NCBI GenBank assembly: GCA_024137785.1
Contig: JAHRHZ010000271.1
Span: forward strand, 8,113,150-8,177,149
Direction: 5' to 3'
Length of the DNA stretch: 64,000 bases
DNA from: Ginglymostoma cirratum
Taxonomy: Eukaryota
Shown here: piece by piece, positions 63,699-64,000 of the stretch
Layout of the letters: each line of letters starts with the position of its first letter
How positions within the stretch are numbered: the first letter of the stretch is position 1
Position numbers and translations under genes: made by a program
Notes under the pieces: model-generated
The model's database searches: none
The model's input: only the letters and a program-made list of their open reading frames with translations
What the model was told of the DNA's origin: nothing

Positions 63699-64000
63699 AA
63701 TTTAAAATTTTGTTCTTCCATCTACACAGTACAATCTTTAAGCAGCTAGACAGAAAACTTGTTCCAGTTATTTTCTGTCTTCTCCGACTAATTTATTCAT
63801 TTTGCAATACTTGCAATGTTGACTATTAAATTTTATGCCACCCTTGGAGTCCACGATTAATGAAGGCAAACATTCATTCGTTGCATGTTACAATAACAAT
63901 AAATGATATTTTGCAGATGAATACAATGAACATATATCACCAGTTTTATATTCTCTGTATGTCTTTAATGTTTTCCCTCAGGTACCTCCATTACAAATGA

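Noticed and set aside
63982-64000. PACSIN1 second coding exon
   Set aside because: Reads VPPLQM, not VGNYKRT; kept only as a speculative alternative exon.

Overview
Repeat-rich, AT-rich vertebrate genomic DNA, almost certainly a shark or ray (HE1-type V-SINE plus shark-type CR1, Tx1, Penelope and Harbinger remnants). It is not prokaryotic and has no CRISPR array. The only host coding sequence I can support is the first coding exon of PACSIN1/syndapin I (26963-27022, MSGSYDESSGLEETTDSFWE), which the ORF track misses; the rest appears to be its large flanking introns. Nearly all ORF-track entries are TE fragments or chance ORFs. The most notable signal is a dense set of Penelope-like-element (PLE) terminal repeats carrying minimal hammerhead ribozyme (HHR) motifs of four sequence families. 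Many occur as tiny non-coding, often palindromic insertions with 10-13 bp target-site duplications (TSDs), and both assembly gaps lie inside such insertions. Other points: a ~600-bp local duplication inserted into a SINE, a NeuroD-type E-box cluster, candidate internal promoter/exons in the PACSIN1 intron, and deep TE nesting. All calls were made by eye; TE boundaries are approximate unless a TSD or TIR is given.
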